64,000 nt of DNA, taken from sequence record KT895374.1; one strand, 5' to 3'. The notes under the pieces were generated by a model. That model was given only the letters and a program-made list of their open reading frames with translations. It was not told the DNA's origin and ran no database searches. A program made the translations under genes and the position numbers. Of the stretch, positions 17,593 to 28,507 are shown piece after piece; the stretch's first letter is position 1; every line of letters begins with the position of its first letter.

Positions 17593-18246
17593 ATGAATGA
17601 AGTAAATTTAGATCTATTAAGAAAAAGTATTTTAAATGATGATTTTAAAAATGCTTTAAAAATTGCAAAAGAGAATATTATTGATTATATTGGTTGTATG
17701 GTAAATTATTATAAAGGTAATATTAGTAGCGAAATATTATTTTGTAATGGAATTCTAGCTAATAGTACATTAAGAAATGATTATCTATATGAGAAATTTG
17801 GAAATAATGTAGAAATTACTAGCCATTTTATTAGAGGTAATAAAAGATTTAGAGACGCAATTATAAATAAATTAAATGAGGAAGGGATTAAAGCAAGGGA
17901 AGTAAAGATTAATGATGATTCATATGATTTATTAATTGATCTTTCTCCAGAATTCCTTAATAAGAAAGATAGAGAAAACCTTATCAATTTCTTAAATACT
18001 ACCACTACTAATTTAAAAGAAAAGAGCACTTACAAAGATAGCCCATACTTAAAAGAGACTAACTATGAAATCAGAAGTATTATTAAGGAATTAAAAAGAG
18101 AAAATAATGCTGATGTTTTCTTTTTAACCTTAGATATGAAAGGTAATATTTATACATTATTAGATCTTAACAGTGAATTAAATAACCCTATAAGACCATC
18201 AGACTTTAATATTGAACATATTATTAATAATCTTCGCTTTTATTAG
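17593..18246 (+). CDS. Hypothetical protein
   Basis: 217 aa ORF, SD gggagg. Confidence 0.7.
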   Translation: MNEVNLDLLRKSILNDDFKNALKIAKENIIDYIGCMVNYYKGNISSEILFCNGILANSTLRNDYLYEKFGNNVEITSHFIRGNKRFRDAIINKLNEEGIKAREVKINDDSYDLLIDLSPEFLNKKDRENLINFLNTTTTNLKEKSTYKDSPYLKETNYEIRSIIKELKRENNADVFFLTLDMKGNIYTLLDLNSELNNPIRPSDFNIEHIINNLRFY

Positions 18247-18253
18247 TGAAGAT

Positions 18254-18284
18254 AAAAAATCTCTTTAATAGAGATTTTTTTTTT
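18254..18284 (+). terminator. Intrinsic terminator
   Basis: aaaaaatctct-ttaat-agagatttttt plus T-tract. Confidence 0.75.
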
Positions 18285-18319
18285 CTATGATCCAAAGAGA
18301 AACAGAGCATAAAGCATTT

Positions 18320-18331
18320 AACAATTAATTA
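18320..18331 (+). promoter_or_regulatory. Late promoter
   Basis: aaca-attaat-ta. Confidence 0.7.
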
Positions 18332-18362
18332 TTAAAGTTATTAGTAAGGGGGGTTAAACTAA

Positions 18363-19295
18363 TTGGCTTCAATTTATAATACATTTCTTCATGAAAATAA
18401 AGAATTTGATTCTGATAAAGAAGCATATTTTTTTTTACAAGAAGGTATTGGGCAAAATGCTGATAAGGCTGTCTTATCAATGATTAAAACAGTTAAAAGT
18501 TTATATACAACAAGTGATAAAAATTTAATTAGCGGAATGCCTGAACTATCAAAAGTAATTACCCGATCAGTAATTGTAGGGAGTTTATATGTTATTAGCC
18601 CATTAATAGGGTTAATTGCATTATATACAACTCTTGTAATAAGAGGTGTTAATAATTCTAATAGAAGAGAAAAATTATTACGTTTATATTCTTCTAAACT
18701 AGAATTTGTAGAGGGTAAAATTGGTAGTGAAGAAGATGATAAGAAGAGATTAAATTTGATTAAACTTAAAAATAAATTAAAATCTGATATTGCTAAAATT
18801 AAAGTAGTAAAAGAAGATGCCAATTTTTTATTAGAAGACGATTTAGATGACCTATCATCTGCTGATGGTGACACTGATCCTAGTACAAATCCTTCTAATA
18901 ATGGGGATGAATCTGATGATGATCAATCATTAGATAACGGGGAAGAAAATCAAGAACCCTTAGATGGCGAAGTTCCTCCAATGGATGACGGTGAAAATAA
19001 TAAAAAATTATTTATTTTTAATGGTTTTAGAGACTGTTATAATAATATAAGTGCATTTATTAATAAGATTTCAAATATGAAAGAGAAAATTGTACCTAGC
19101 GATAATAAAAAACATGATGATATCGTATACATTGAGGATCGTCTTTTTGAGCTAAAAGAAAAGATTGAAGACATCCTTAAAATTCATATAAAAACCAAAA
19201 ATTCTGATGAGCTAAAAGAAATTTTTGATCTGGTTAATGAAGAGATTGTTCAACTCGCTAATCATTTTAATAAAATTTCTACCACTAATAAATAA
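18363..19295 (+). CDS. Putative prohead core/internal head protein
   Basis: Directly upstream of MCP, late promoter, FLHE/FLQE/LLE sites, acidic linker, hydrophobic segment. Confidence 0.55.
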   Translation: MASIYNTFLHENKEFDSDKEAYFFLQEGIGQNADKAVLSMIKTVKSLYTTSDKNLISGMPELSKVITRSVIVGSLYVISPLIGLIALYTTLVIRGVNNSNRREKLLRLYSSKLEFVEGKIGSEEDDKKRLNLIKLKNKLKSDIAKIKVVKEDANFLLEDDLDDLSSADGDTDPSTNPSNNGDESDDDQSLDNGEENQEPLDGEVPPMDDGENNKKLFIFNGFRDCYNNISAFINKISNMKEKIVPSDNKKHDDIVYIEDRLFELKEKIEDILKIHIKTKNSDELKEIFDLVNEEIVQLANHFNKISTTNK

Positions 19296-19306
19296 ACAAA
19301 TTAATA
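19295..19306 (+). promoter_or_regulatory. Late promoter for major capsid protein
   Basis: aaca-aattaa-ta. Confidence 0.7.
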
Positions 19307-19406
19307 ATAATATTTCCTTATTAATAATTATACCTAGTAAAAATTAAAAATAAGGTTAATTAGTTTAAAACATAAAAATATAATAAATTAAAGGAGTAAT
19401 GACCAG

Positions 19407-21029
19407 ATGACTAATTTCAAAAGCTATGGCGATTTAATGGCTAACCGCAAAGATGAAGGGTTTAACCAAATATTCAAAGAAGCAGAATCATATTTTAAAA
19501 CTAATCAACAAGTAAATATCTTAGGTGAAGGTTTTAAAGAGATTGTTTCTGACCAACAACTTTTTAATGACTATGCTACTCATTTAACAGAGGGTATGGA
19601 TTCAGCTCAAGAAACTGCTGAAATGCTAACTCTTATGGAAAATACTCGTATGGCTATTCTTCAAGAAGCGGCAACTGGTTCTATTCCAGGATTGACTTCT
19701 TTAGCTATTCCTACTGTTCGTAGAATGTGGGCAAAAATTGCTCTTAAATATGCAGTACCTACTCAACCAGTAGACAAACCAACTTTCTCAGTTACTTTCA
19801 ACCGTCCTTATATTCTTGATAATGTAACTCGTGAAAAACGTTATCTTCCAGATGCATTGCGTGATAACAAAAATGGTTTAGCTGAAATTCCTAAAATTAA
19901 GGGAGACGCTTATGAACTTCCATTAAATAAATATGATCTTTTAGCTGATGTTGGCGCTTCTTTCCAAACTGGTGATTCTCTTGACCGTCAATTCTTCCTT
20001 AAGAGTGTTATTGTTAAAGCAGAAAGTGCGGATAAAGATGACGCTAAAGCTGAAGAAAAAGAAGTAGTTCTTAACTCTAAATCTTCTATTGATAATAAAC
20101 TTTATGCAGATGTAAAAGTTACTCATACTGATGGTACAGTAACTACAGATACAGTTCTTGGTCATGTTGATCATGAGCGTGGTACTGTTTCAGTAACTTC
20201 ATTTACTGGTGCTGTTAAATCTGTTAAATTCTTAGGTTATGTTTCTGCTGAATCTCATAATCGTTCTACTCAAGTATCATTTGAAATTGAACGTAGAGAT
20301 CTTTCTGTTGGAACTGGCGAACACATTGAGGCTTCTCTACCATTAGAAATGCTTCAAGACACTATGGCTCTTTATAACATTGATGGTGCAAACGAAGTTA
20401 TGGACGTTATGTCTAACGTTACAGCTCAAAAAGTTGACCAAGAAATTTACAACTTCCTAGAGCGTACTTTTGAAGCTAACCCTAAATATAGAGGTGAGTT
20501 TAACGTACACCCAGCACCACAATTTGCAGGGAATCCAAAAGAATGGTTGGAAGAAATTAAACGTGTAATCGATCACTATGCAACTAAGATTGTAAGTGAA
20601 GCTTACTACCGTGAAGGTTTCTATGTTATCGTTGGTAATCCACAAGATACACAAATCATTCCTAACGTAACTTGGCAGTTCCAAAGAACTACTGATCAAA
20701 GTAATGGTATTGATGTTGAATACAGCATTGGTGCTCTTGGTGGTTCTAATAACCGTTATACAATCGTAGCTTCAGATCTTATCCCACAAGGTAAATTGAC
20801 TATGTTCTTTGTACCACTTAACGATAAGTTCTTGACTATTAAATATTTCCCTTACAGCTTCAACGTTGTAAAAGGTGGAGAATACCGTAATACTATGGCT
20901 CCAAACATTCCATCTATCATGATGACTAAACGTCAAACAATTGAATCATTCATCCCATTGATTTGTGAAATTGAAATCAAAAACAATAATGGTTCTCTAT
21001 TCAACCCTAACTACGGGTTTCAGAAGTAA
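19407..21029 (+). CDS. Major capsid protein (gp23-like)
   Basis: AIPTVRRMWAKIALKYAVPTQPVDKPT resembles gp23 VRRxxPxxIAxDxxGVQPMxxPT; high-expression codon bias (cgt, gct, aac); upstream of TerL. Confidence 0.85.
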   Translation: MTNFKSYGDLMANRKDEGFNQIFKEAESYFKTNQQVNILGEGFKEIVSDQQLFNDYATHLTEGMDSAQETAEMLTLMENTRMAILQEAATGSIPGLTSLAIPTVRRMWAKIALKYAVPTQPVDKPTFSVTFNRPYILDNVTREKRYLPDALRDNKNGLAEIPKIKGDAYELPLNKYDLLADVGASFQTGDSLDRQFFLKSVIVKAESADKDDAKAEEKEVVLNSKSSIDNKLYADVKVTHTDGTVTTDTVLGHVDHERGTVSVTSFTGAVKSVKFLGYVSAESHNRSTQVSFEIERRDLSVGTGEHIEASLPLEMLQDTMALYNIDGANEVMDVMSNVTAQKVDQEIYNFLERTFEANPKYRGEFNVHPAPQFAGNPKEWLEEIKRVIDHYATKIVSEAYYREGFYVIVGNPQDTQIIPNVTWQFQRTTDQSNGIDVEYSIGALGGSNNRYTIVASDLIPQGKLTMFFVPLNDKFLTIKYFPYSFNVVKGGEYRNTMAPNIPSIMMTKRQTIESFIPLICEIEIKNNNGSLFNPNYGFQK

Positions 21030-21040
21030 TTAAATTATAA

Positions 21041-21090
21041 TAAATCAACCATAATAGATCTTATTCTATTATGGTTGATTTATATTTTTT
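21041..21090 (+). terminator. Terminator after MCP
   Basis: taaatcaaccataataga-tcttat-tctattatggttgattta plus T-tract. Confidence 0.85.
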
Positions 21091-21100
21091 AGAAAACTTA

Positions 21101-21112
21101 AACATTTTATTA
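21101..21112 (+). promoter_or_regulatory. Late promoter for terminase
   Basis: aaca-ttttat-ta. Confidence 0.7.
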
Positions 21113-21125
21113 TATAGAGAAAAAA

Positions 21126-23120
21126 TTGAGGGGGGTAATTTGTTTGATATATGATCATAATACTAGCAATCTAAGTTTTTTAAAGATGTCTAAAAAATTA
21201 AAAGACTTAGGTATTAAAAATAATAAATTTTTTTTAAGATTAGAAGATGAAACTTTATCAGGTGTTGATCCTTATAGTCCAAATCTAACAAATGACCAAA
21301 AAATTCGAATACAAGTAGAAGTAATGAGAAACTTTTGGTATTATTTAAGAGAAGTAGTTCGGATTCCTGAGACTGGTGGTAGTATTCCTTTCCAACTACA
21401 TAGGGGAAACTTGTCACAGATGTTTTTAATGGAATTGAATGTTAATATTTTTGAAGTATTACCCCGACAAAATGGTAAAACAATTGGTGCTGTATGTAGG
21501 TATGTATGGGTAGTTAATTTTGGAACAACAAATACTAAAATGGTTTTTAGTAATAAGCAGTTAGGTGATTCAAAGCTAAACTTAAAACGTTTTAATGATA
21601 TTACTGACTTACTTCCTTCATATCTAAAAGGTCATTTTAATCCAAAGAAAGATACTAACAATGTTACCTCATTTTTCTGCGATAAAAATAAAAATAGTAT
21701 TGACGTTATTCCTTCACCTATTTCTGAAGAGCAAGCAGATAAATTAGGTCGTGGTTTAACAATTCCTATTATTTGGTATGATGAGCTTGCTTTCTTAAAA
21801 TATAATGATACTGTAACTGCTTCAGCTGGTCCAGCATTGGGTAAAGCGGCAGAATCAGCTAGAAGAAATGGTACACCTTATGGTCAATTAATTACAACAA
21901 CTCCTAATGATTTAGATTCTGCTTCAGGATCTTTTGCATATAGTATCATGAAGGATGCAGTGCCATTTGATGAAGCATGGTATGACTGGGATACTGATTC
22001 TCTTAAAGAATTTATAGAGGAAAATTCAAGAAATGATTTTGTCCATATAGAATTTAACTATGAGGAACTTGGTCATGATGAAAAATGGTTTAAAAAACAA
22101 TGTAAATTAGTAAATAATGATTTATTGAAAATTAAACGTGAAATATTACTTGAATGGACATTGGCTAACGATACATCGCCTTTTTCAGAGGAACAATTGT
22201 CTACAATTGAAACATTTTCTAAAAATCCGATAGGTAAATTTTATATAAGAGAAAAATATAAATTTGATGTTTATGAACATATGCCAAATATTCTGAATAA
22301 ATCATGGATTGTAGCAATAGATTTAGGTGGAGGACTATCAAGAGATTTTTCTTCTATTGTAATTATTGATCCTAAAGATAGAAAACCTAAAGCAATATTT
22401 AAAAGTAATAATATAAGTGTTCCAGATATGCAAGACTTAGTAATTGAATTAACAACTGTTTTCTTACCTAATTCTGTTATCATTCCAGAACGAAACTCTA
22501 TTGGAGTTCCATTTATCCAATCACTTCTTAGAACAGAAGTAGCAAATAAAATCTATTATGAAACAAAGGATAGAAAAGGAGAAAAAACAGTAGTTGATCC
22601 AAAATTAAAGAGTCTAAGAAAAGGTAGTTCAGAAAAAAGAATATATGGTATTTATACGGATAAAACGACAAGAAAGATCATGTTTGATGAAATATTATTT
22701 GGAAGCATTAATGAAGATCCTGAAATTTTTATTGCAAAACCATTATTTGATGAAATAAGAACTCTAGAAAGGAAAAAAACTGGAAAGATTGAACACAGAG
22801 ATGGTTGCAATGATGATATTTTAATGGCTTGGTTAATTGGAAGTTATGCATTATTATATGGTGGAAATATATCGAAATTTGTAAAGGTTATTTCTGATGG
22901 AATTGAAGCCAATAATATTTCTAATGATACTCCATATAAAAACAATAAAACAAGAAATGTTATTAATAATTTAAATATAATAAACAATAAGAATAATTCA
23001 TCCTTCTATAATTCTTTTATTGATAAAAATAAAGAAAATTACTATCAAAGTGAAGAATCAGATCCGAGAAAAATTAAAAGAGCTAGGATATCTAGTTGGG
23101 TTAGTTCTCTAAATAAATAA
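21126..23120 (+). CDS. terL: Terminase large subunit
   Basis: Walker A PRQNGKT, Walker B WYDELAF, coupling ITTTPN, nuclease VAIDLGGG and DDILMA. Confidence 0.92.
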   Translation: MRGVICLIYDHNTSNLSFLKMSKKLKDLGIKNNKFFLRLEDETLSGVDPYSPNLTNDQKIRIQVEVMRNFWYYLREVVRIPETGGSIPFQLHRGNLSQMFLMELNVNIFEVLPRQNGKTIGAVCRYVWVVNFGTTNTKMVFSNKQLGDSKLNLKRFNDITDLLPSYLKGHFNPKKDTNNVTSFFCDKNKNSIDVIPSPISEEQADKLGRGLTIPIIWYDELAFLKYNDTVTASAGPALGKAAESARRNGTPYGQLITTTPNDLDSASGSFAYSIMKDAVPFDEAWYDWDTDSLKEFIEENSRNDFVHIEFNYEELGHDEKWFKKQCKLVNNDLLKIKREILLEWTLANDTSPFSEEQLSTIETFSKNPIGKFYIREKYKFDVYEHMPNILNKSWIVAIDLGGGLSRDFSSIVIIDPKDRKPKAIFKSNNISVPDMQDLVIELTTVFLPNSVIIPERNSIGVPFIQSLLRTEVANKIYYETKDRKGEKTVVDPKLKSLRKGSSEKRIYGIYTDKTTRKIMFDEILFGSINEDPEIFIAKPLFDEIRTLERKKTGKIEHRDGCNDDILMAWLIGSYALLYGGNISKFVKVISDGIEANNISNDTPYKNNKTRNVINNLNIINNKNNSSFYNSFIDKNKENYYQSEESDPRKIKRARISSWVSSLNK

Positions 23121-23138
23121 ATATTTTAAAAAATCACT

Positions 23139-23150
23139 AACATAATTATA
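23139..23150 (+). promoter_or_regulatory. Late promoter
   Basis: aaca-taatta-ta. Confidence 0.7.
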
Positions 23151-23171
23151 TTAAATTTTGGAGGGTTTCAT

Positions 23172-23942
23172 TTGGAATATTTAGAAGATACTGAAGTTAG
23201 CTTTTTAACTGAAAAAGAAATTGATGAAATTATTAATAGCGTTTCAGATGATTTATTATTTTTTAGTATTGAAAATCAAATTAAAAATAAGCAAATTGAT
23301 TATCTAGAAGATTCAAATCACATTCAGTTTTTTGTTGACAGATATGCATTAATTAAAGATAAATATTCAGAGTATCCTGATATTATTGAAAGAGTACTAG
23401 ATATTGAAAAAACTTTTTATAGTAATGTATTAGAATTGTTGGAAGAACGCTTTGATTTTAAACTCGAAGAACGATATGATATCACAAGAGAAGAAAAATA
23501 TAATCTTATTAGAAATATTTATGAATTCTTTATTATGAAGCAAACTAAAAACTCTATTACATTAGTTTTTAATTATTTAGATAGAGAAATGAAAAGTTTA
23601 ATCCCTTACTGTAAGAATTCAATAGATAAAAAAGATTTAACTTTTGTTAACACTAAGAAACTTATTACAAAAGAATTACATCCTGTTTACTGTAAACTGA
23701 ATGATATTATTTCAAGCATTCAAGTAGATGAGGCTAAAGATGTAATTGAGTTATCAATTGATGATAAGAATGAAATCAATAACATGGAAATTTTTAATTA
23801 TTTTTGTGAAAGAGATCAAATTACTTTTAATGATAACTTTATTGAAAATTATTTAAGTGTTATTAAAGATAGTCCTAAATTATTTCTTCTTATTAGATCA
23901 AAATTCATTGAAAAATATAATAATAGCGAGGTAACTGAATAA
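23172..23942 (+). CDS. Late hypothetical protein
   Basis: 256 aa, SD ggagg, late promoter, in structural module. Confidence 0.7.
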   Translation: MEYLEDTEVSFLTEKEIDEIINSVSDDLLFFSIENQIKNKQIDYLEDSNHIQFFVDRYALIKDKYSEYPDIIERVLDIEKTFYSNVLELLEERFDFKLEERYDITREEKYNLIRNIYEFFIMKQTKNSITLVFNYLDREMKSLIPYCKNSIDKKDLTFVNTKKLITKELHPVYCKLNDIISSIQVDEAKDVIELSIDDKNEINNMEIFNYFCERDQITFNDNFIENYLSVIKDSPKLFLLIRSKFIEKYNNSEVTE

Positions 23943-23943
23943 T

Positions 23944-24603
23944 ATGGTATTATATAAAGTAAATAACGATTTGGATACTATTAAGGAACAAATGAAAGAA
24001 GTTTCCTCTTTAAAACAGCTTGGTGATAAAGAAATTAATAAGGAAATCGATAAGTTTATGGAAGATACAAAAGAAACAGTAAAAGAGATTGAAACAGAAT
24101 TAAAGAAAGAAAAAGAAAGAGAAGACTTATCTACTGCAAAAGCAGTAATTAAAAAATTAGAAAACTTAATGGAAGAAAATAAAGATAAAGAAGATCTTGT
24201 AAAAAGAATAAACGAACAGATTAAAATGATAGAAGATTCTTTTAAATTGGATTCTTTAAGAATTATTAGACCTACAATGAAAAAAGAGAATCTAGTAAAG
24301 AATCATTTAGAATTAAGAAAGAAAGCACTTAATAAATTAGATAAACACGCTAATTTTAGATATCTTTATATTGAGGATATTAGTGAGAAAGTTTTAAATG
24401 TTCTACCTGAAGATCTAAAAGAGAGAAATGTTTTATTAGCTTCTTATATCTATTCATTTATTCTTACAGCACCTATTAAAAACGGACAATATTCTTTCTT
24501 TATTAATTTTCTAATTAAGAATATTAATGAATTAGATAAAGAATATGAAATGAAAGATGAGTTTACAGATAATCTTATTAATTTTGTATCCAATGAACTA
24601 TAA
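23944..24603 (+). CDS. Late hypothetical coiled-coil protein
   Basis: 219 aa, SD gaggt, translationally coupled. Confidence 0.7.
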   Translation: MVLYKVNNDLDTIKEQMKEVSSLKQLGDKEINKEIDKFMEDTKETVKEIETELKKEKEREDLSTAKAVIKKLENLMEENKDKEDLVKRINEQIKMIEDSFKLDSLRIIRPTMKKENLVKNHLELRKKALNKLDKHANFRYLYIEDISEKVLNVLPEDLKERNVLLASYIYSFILTAPIKNGQYSFFINFLIKNINELDKEYEMKDEFTDNLINFVSNEL

Positions 24604-24662
24604 AATAATAAATAATAGAAGAGACTATTTACTAGTTTCTTCTATTATTTATATTTAACCTA

Positions 24663-24674
24663 AACAGTATATTA
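24663..24674 (+). promoter_or_regulatory. Late promoter
   Basis: aaca-gtatat-ta. Confidence 0.7.
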
Positions 24675-24700
24675 ATAATTTAATAAGAAAGGAAATTCAT

Positions 24701-25447
24701 ATGAGAGATTTTAGTTTCTTAAAAAGAGAAGAAAATACTTATTTTTTTGATGGTGAATTGATGGAAATCTATTTACCGAAAGATTATTTTAAACAAAATA
24801 TCGCTGAATATTATGGTGATAAGATTAGTACTCTTGGAGTCTTTAATTTTATGACTTTCCCTACAAGTAATCCTGATAGGAAAAGTAATGACTTAAGGGT
24901 AATGAAGTTGCCAATGGAAATTAAATTTGAATTTTTTAATTCTTATGAAGAAGAATTAGTATTAGAATCTGGAATGGAATCTAAAAAGTATATAATTTTT
25001 CAATTAAATAAAGGGCAAATGTTTATTGATAGTGTTTTAAAAGAACAATCAGCAGAGAATAGTAAAAAATTTATTTATCTTCTACATGGTGGAAATTTAC
25101 CTAAATCTCTCAAATATAAAGATATTATAAATCTTTATCATGAAAGTATTAGATTAAATAAAGTTAATCTAAATAACCCATCATCTATGTTTGAAACTAT
25201 TATTGCTGAACTATGTAGAGACTCAAATAATATTGAATTGCCTTTTAGAATCAATGCAGGTAAAAAAGATGATATAAATGAATATGGTTATAATAATATA
25301 AATCTGACTAAATTACCATCCATTAATTCTACATTTAATGCTATGACTTTTGAAGATATTAATCAGTCCATCATTTCATCTGTTAAGAAAACTAGAAATA
25401 ATGAAAAAGAGGGAGAATCCCCAGTTGAAAAAATAATCAAGTATTAA
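24701..25447 (+). CDS. Probable virion RNAP beta' extreme C-terminal fragment
   Basis: NKVNLNNPSSMFETIIAELCR and NLTKLPSINSTFNAMTFEDINQSI resemble beta' GVxINDKHIEVIVRQM and GITKASLxxxSFISAASFQET; late promoter. Confidence 0.55.
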   Translation: MRDFSFLKREENTYFFDGELMEIYLPKDYFKQNIAEYYGDKISTLGVFNFMTFPTSNPDRKSNDLRVMKLPMEIKFEFFNSYEEELVLESGMESKKYIIFQLNKGQMFIDSVLKEQSAENSKKFIYLLHGGNLPKSLKYKDIINLYHESIRLNKVNLNNPSSMFETIIAELCRDSNNIELPFRINAGKKDDINEYGYNNINLTKLPSINSTFNAMTFEDINQSIISSVKKTRNNEKEGESPVEKIIKY

Positions 25448-25479
25448 TTGCTCTTATATTTTATCAACAAAAATTAAAG

Positions 25480-25491
25480 AACATTTTATTA
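25480..25491 (+). promoter_or_regulatory. Late promoter for tail sheath
   Basis: aaca-ttttat-ta. Confidence 0.7.
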
Positions 25492-25523
25492 GTTTTTACC
25501 AAGATTTATTTGTAAAGGAGAGA

Positions 25524-28490
25524 TTGACTGTGGCTAATGAAGTTACTAGTGGAAATACAGATACTTCTGTCAGCAATGACTTGAAATATCTTCATCCCTC
25601 TATTTCATCTACAATTCGTAGTGATGATATTATTTTTGAAGCAGGGGATAACGTACAAAGATTATTTGCCGCCTATACTTCTGAAAAAGGTGAAGATAAT
25701 AAAGTAAAAATGTATTCTAGTGAAGAAGAATTTATTTATTACAATGGCGAACCAGATATTAAAAAGTATGGTCAAACATCTTATAATATTATCAACTGGT
25801 TACGTTCTGGTGGCGTAGTTTACGGAATGCGTGTTTTACCAGAAAATGCAGGATATGCTCATGCTTTCCTTAATATTCTTACTAGAATTGATAGTAAAGA
25901 TGTTGCAGATAAAGACGGACAGTTGGTTAAAGTTCCTAACGTAATTCTTAAACCTGCTATTGCTTATACTGATGTAAACAATACGTCTAAATCACTTATT
26001 GAATATGAGCTTAAACGTGAACGTAAAGAGGAAACTATTGATGGGTTTAAGAACCATCTTATCTTTGCAGTTTACCCTAAAGGTCGTGGTAGCTCTTATA
26101 ACAATATTGGTTTCCGTATTACTTTAAACACTAGTTTTGATGAAACTCATGATTTCCGAGTTTATAATTTTGAAGTAATTCAATTTGATGAAAATAACGT
26201 AGCTAATACAGTTGAAGGACCATTTTATGTGTCATTAGATTCTGATGCACTTAGCTCATCAAATGAAAGTATGTTTATTGAGGACGTTATTAATAAATAT
26301 TCTAAACATCTAAATTGTATTTTCAACCAAGATGCTTTTGATGATTTATGTGATATTATTAACCCTCATATTCCTTCTTCTAGAATTGATCCTTTTACTG
26401 GGGTTACTAAAGTAACTAATGATGTTAAATCTACATTCTTCTTAAATAGTACGCAGAAGTATGAAGATGATCATATCACTATTCATAAATATGACATCAA
26501 AGGTGAAGAAGTTCTAGAAAGTAATGGAGACAATATTATTAATATTGTTGATCCTACTGATGTAATTGAGCAGTCAATTCTTATGGCAGATAATGTCTAT
26601 AGAGAAAGACGATTCAAGCAATACGTAAATAGTATTGATGATATGAAAAAAGTAGCTGAAAGTGTTCGTCTAGGGAATTATAATACGATTATTAATAATC
26701 TTTTATATTCTGAAGATGGTACAAAACCAGATAGTGGTAAAATCGTTGAAATGTTAGAGAAACTAGAAGTTTACCGCAATAACATTGAAAACTATGTAGA
26801 AATCTTTAATACAAGTCTATTAGAATCTGACTTTAAGAAAATTACTACTGAAAACACTTTAGTTGAAAAAGGTATTGCAGACACTATGACTCTTATCAAT
26901 CAACTATTAAGTTATCATAAAGCTTTAGAATCTACTTCTGATGTATTAGGTGTAGAAGAAAAAGTAAACCAAGTAGTTAATAGACTAAATCTTAAAGAAG
27001 TAATTGATATTCGTTCAATTTCTAAAAGAGATGCATTAAATAGTATTTCTAATACTATTTTAGAGTTAAAAGCTTCAGGAAACTTAGATGATCAATTAGA
27101 AGGATTAATTGATATCATTTCAGAAGTTAAGATTGTCATTGACTATCTATTATTAATCGTTTCTGAAAATAATCTATCTCCAACAGCTATCAATAAAGCA
27201 GTAGATAATTATAATGTAATTATTGATTACTATAAAGCTATTACTGATCCTTATATCAGTCTTGAAGCAGCAACTAGCTTATTAGCTAAAGCTTATTCTG
27301 AACTAGATCTTTTAGTATCAGAACTTTATAATATTACAGAATTAGCTATTGTAAATATTGATCTCTTAATCATTGATGATGTTATCACTAAAAAGATTAC
27401 TTCAGTAGTTGCAGATCTTGTTCCTATCACTTACAATAATATCAGAATTTATGCTGAAAAGATTGCTACTAGTGATGGTTTAGATGAACTAAATGCAAAC
27501 ATTCGTAAGAATATTGCAAATGCTGATTCAGTTGCTACTACATTGAAATCTATCGTGTATACTAACCAATTGCAAAATCTTTCTAATCCTGCTCGTTTCC
27601 TATATGGAACTGATGGAGACCTAGAGACTGCTAATTCTTCTAATGCTAGAGTTAAAGTGGAAACTAGACTTTTAGCTAGAGCATATAGTGGTTCTATTGA
27701 TCCAACTGTAGCAGATAGAAAAACACTTCCTTTCCGCTTTATTTTGGATGCTAACTATCCAGTTGAAGTTAAGAATGCAATTGTTTCTTTGGCTAGAGAT
27801 ATTCGAAGAGACTTCTTCTTCTATTCAGATACTGGCATTAGAAGTACTGAAGAAGATACTTTGAATTGGAAGACTGCTTCATTCAATCCAAGTACAGAAT
27901 TAACTGGTATGTTTGCTCAAAACTATATTGTTTATGACGAATTTACTGGTAGAGATATTCAGGTAACACTTCCTTTCTTCCTAGCTAAAATGGTTGTTCA
28001 AAATGCTGAACAGAATGGTGTACACTATCCATTAGCAGGTAGTCGTAGAGGTGTAATTGATGGATATAAAGCTATCAACTTCATTCCTAATGAAATTTAT
28101 AAGGAAGAGTTCTATAAAAAGAAAATTAACTATGTTGAAAATAATGGTAAAGTAACTAGAATTGGAAGTCAAAGAACTTCACAATCTAAGAATGATCCAT
28201 TATCTGATATTAATAACGTATTAACTGTTCTTAACATTAAGCGTGATGTAGAAGAAGTTGCTGATGATTATCTATTTGAATTCAATGACGATGAGACTCA
28301 ACAATCTTTCCAATATAATCTTAATGACTACCTTCAGAAATATATTTCTAATCGTAGCTGTCAAGATATCACTGCTTCTGTTTATGCATCAGAATATGAT
28401 AAGCAACAACATATTCTTCGAGTTAATATTACAGTACAATTCAACAATGTTATTGAACGTATTTCCTTCACTATTGATGTAAAGAAATAG
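25524..28490 (+). CDS. Contractile tail sheath protein
   Basis: N-terminal YLHPSISS..WLRSGGVVYGMRV; C-terminal sheath motifs YPLAGSRRG, INFIPN, LSDINNVLTVLNIKRDVE..YLFEFND; followed by tube gene. Confidence 0.88.
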   Translation: MTVANEVTSGNTDTSVSNDLKYLHPSISSTIRSDDIIFEAGDNVQRLFAAYTSEKGEDNKVKMYSSEEEFIYYNGEPDIKKYGQTSYNIINWLRSGGVVYGMRVLPENAGYAHAFLNILTRIDSKDVADKDGQLVKVPNVILKPAIAYTDVNNTSKSLIEYELKRERKEETIDGFKNHLIFAVYPKGRGSSYNNIGFRITLNTSFDETHDFRVYNFEVIQFDENNVANTVEGPFYVSLDSDALSSSNESMFIEDVINKYSKHLNCIFNQDAFDDLCDIINPHIPSSRIDPFTGVTKVTNDVKSTFFLNSTQKYEDDHITIHKYDIKGEEVLESNGDNIINIVDPTDVIEQSILMADNVYRERRFKQYVNSIDDMKKVAESVRLGNYNTIINNLLYSEDGTKPDSGKIVEMLEKLEVYRNNIENYVEIFNTSLLESDFKKITTENTLVEKGIADTMTLINQLLSYHKALESTSDVLGVEEKVNQVVNRLNLKEVIDIRSISKRDALNSISNTILELKASGNLDDQLEGLIDIISEVKIVIDYLLLIVSENNLSPTAINKAVDNYNVIIDYYKAITDPYISLEAATSLLAKAYSELDLLVSELYNITELAIVNIDLLIIDDVITKKITSVVADLVPITYNNIRIYAEKIATSDGLDELNANIRKNIANADSVATTLKSIVYTNQLQNLSNPARFLYGTDGDLETANSSNARVKVETRLLARAYSGSIDPTVADRKTLPFRFILDANYPVEVKNAIVSLARDIRRDFFFYSDTGIRSTEEDTLNWKTASFNPSTELTGMFAQNYIVYDEFTGRDIQVTLPFFLAKMVVQNAEQNGVHYPLAGSRRGVIDGYKAINFIPNEIYKEEFYKKKINYVENNGKVTRIGSQRTSQSKNDPLSDINNVLTVLNIKRDVEEVADDYLFEFNDDETQQSFQYNLNDYLQKYISNRSCQDITASVYASEYDKQQHILRVNITVQFNNVIERISFTIDVKK

Positions 28491-28495
28491 TGCTA

Positions 28496-28507
28496 AACAA
28501 GTAAATA
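28496..28507 (+). promoter_or_regulatory. Late promoter for tail tube
   Basis: aaca-agtaaa-ta. Confidence 0.6.
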
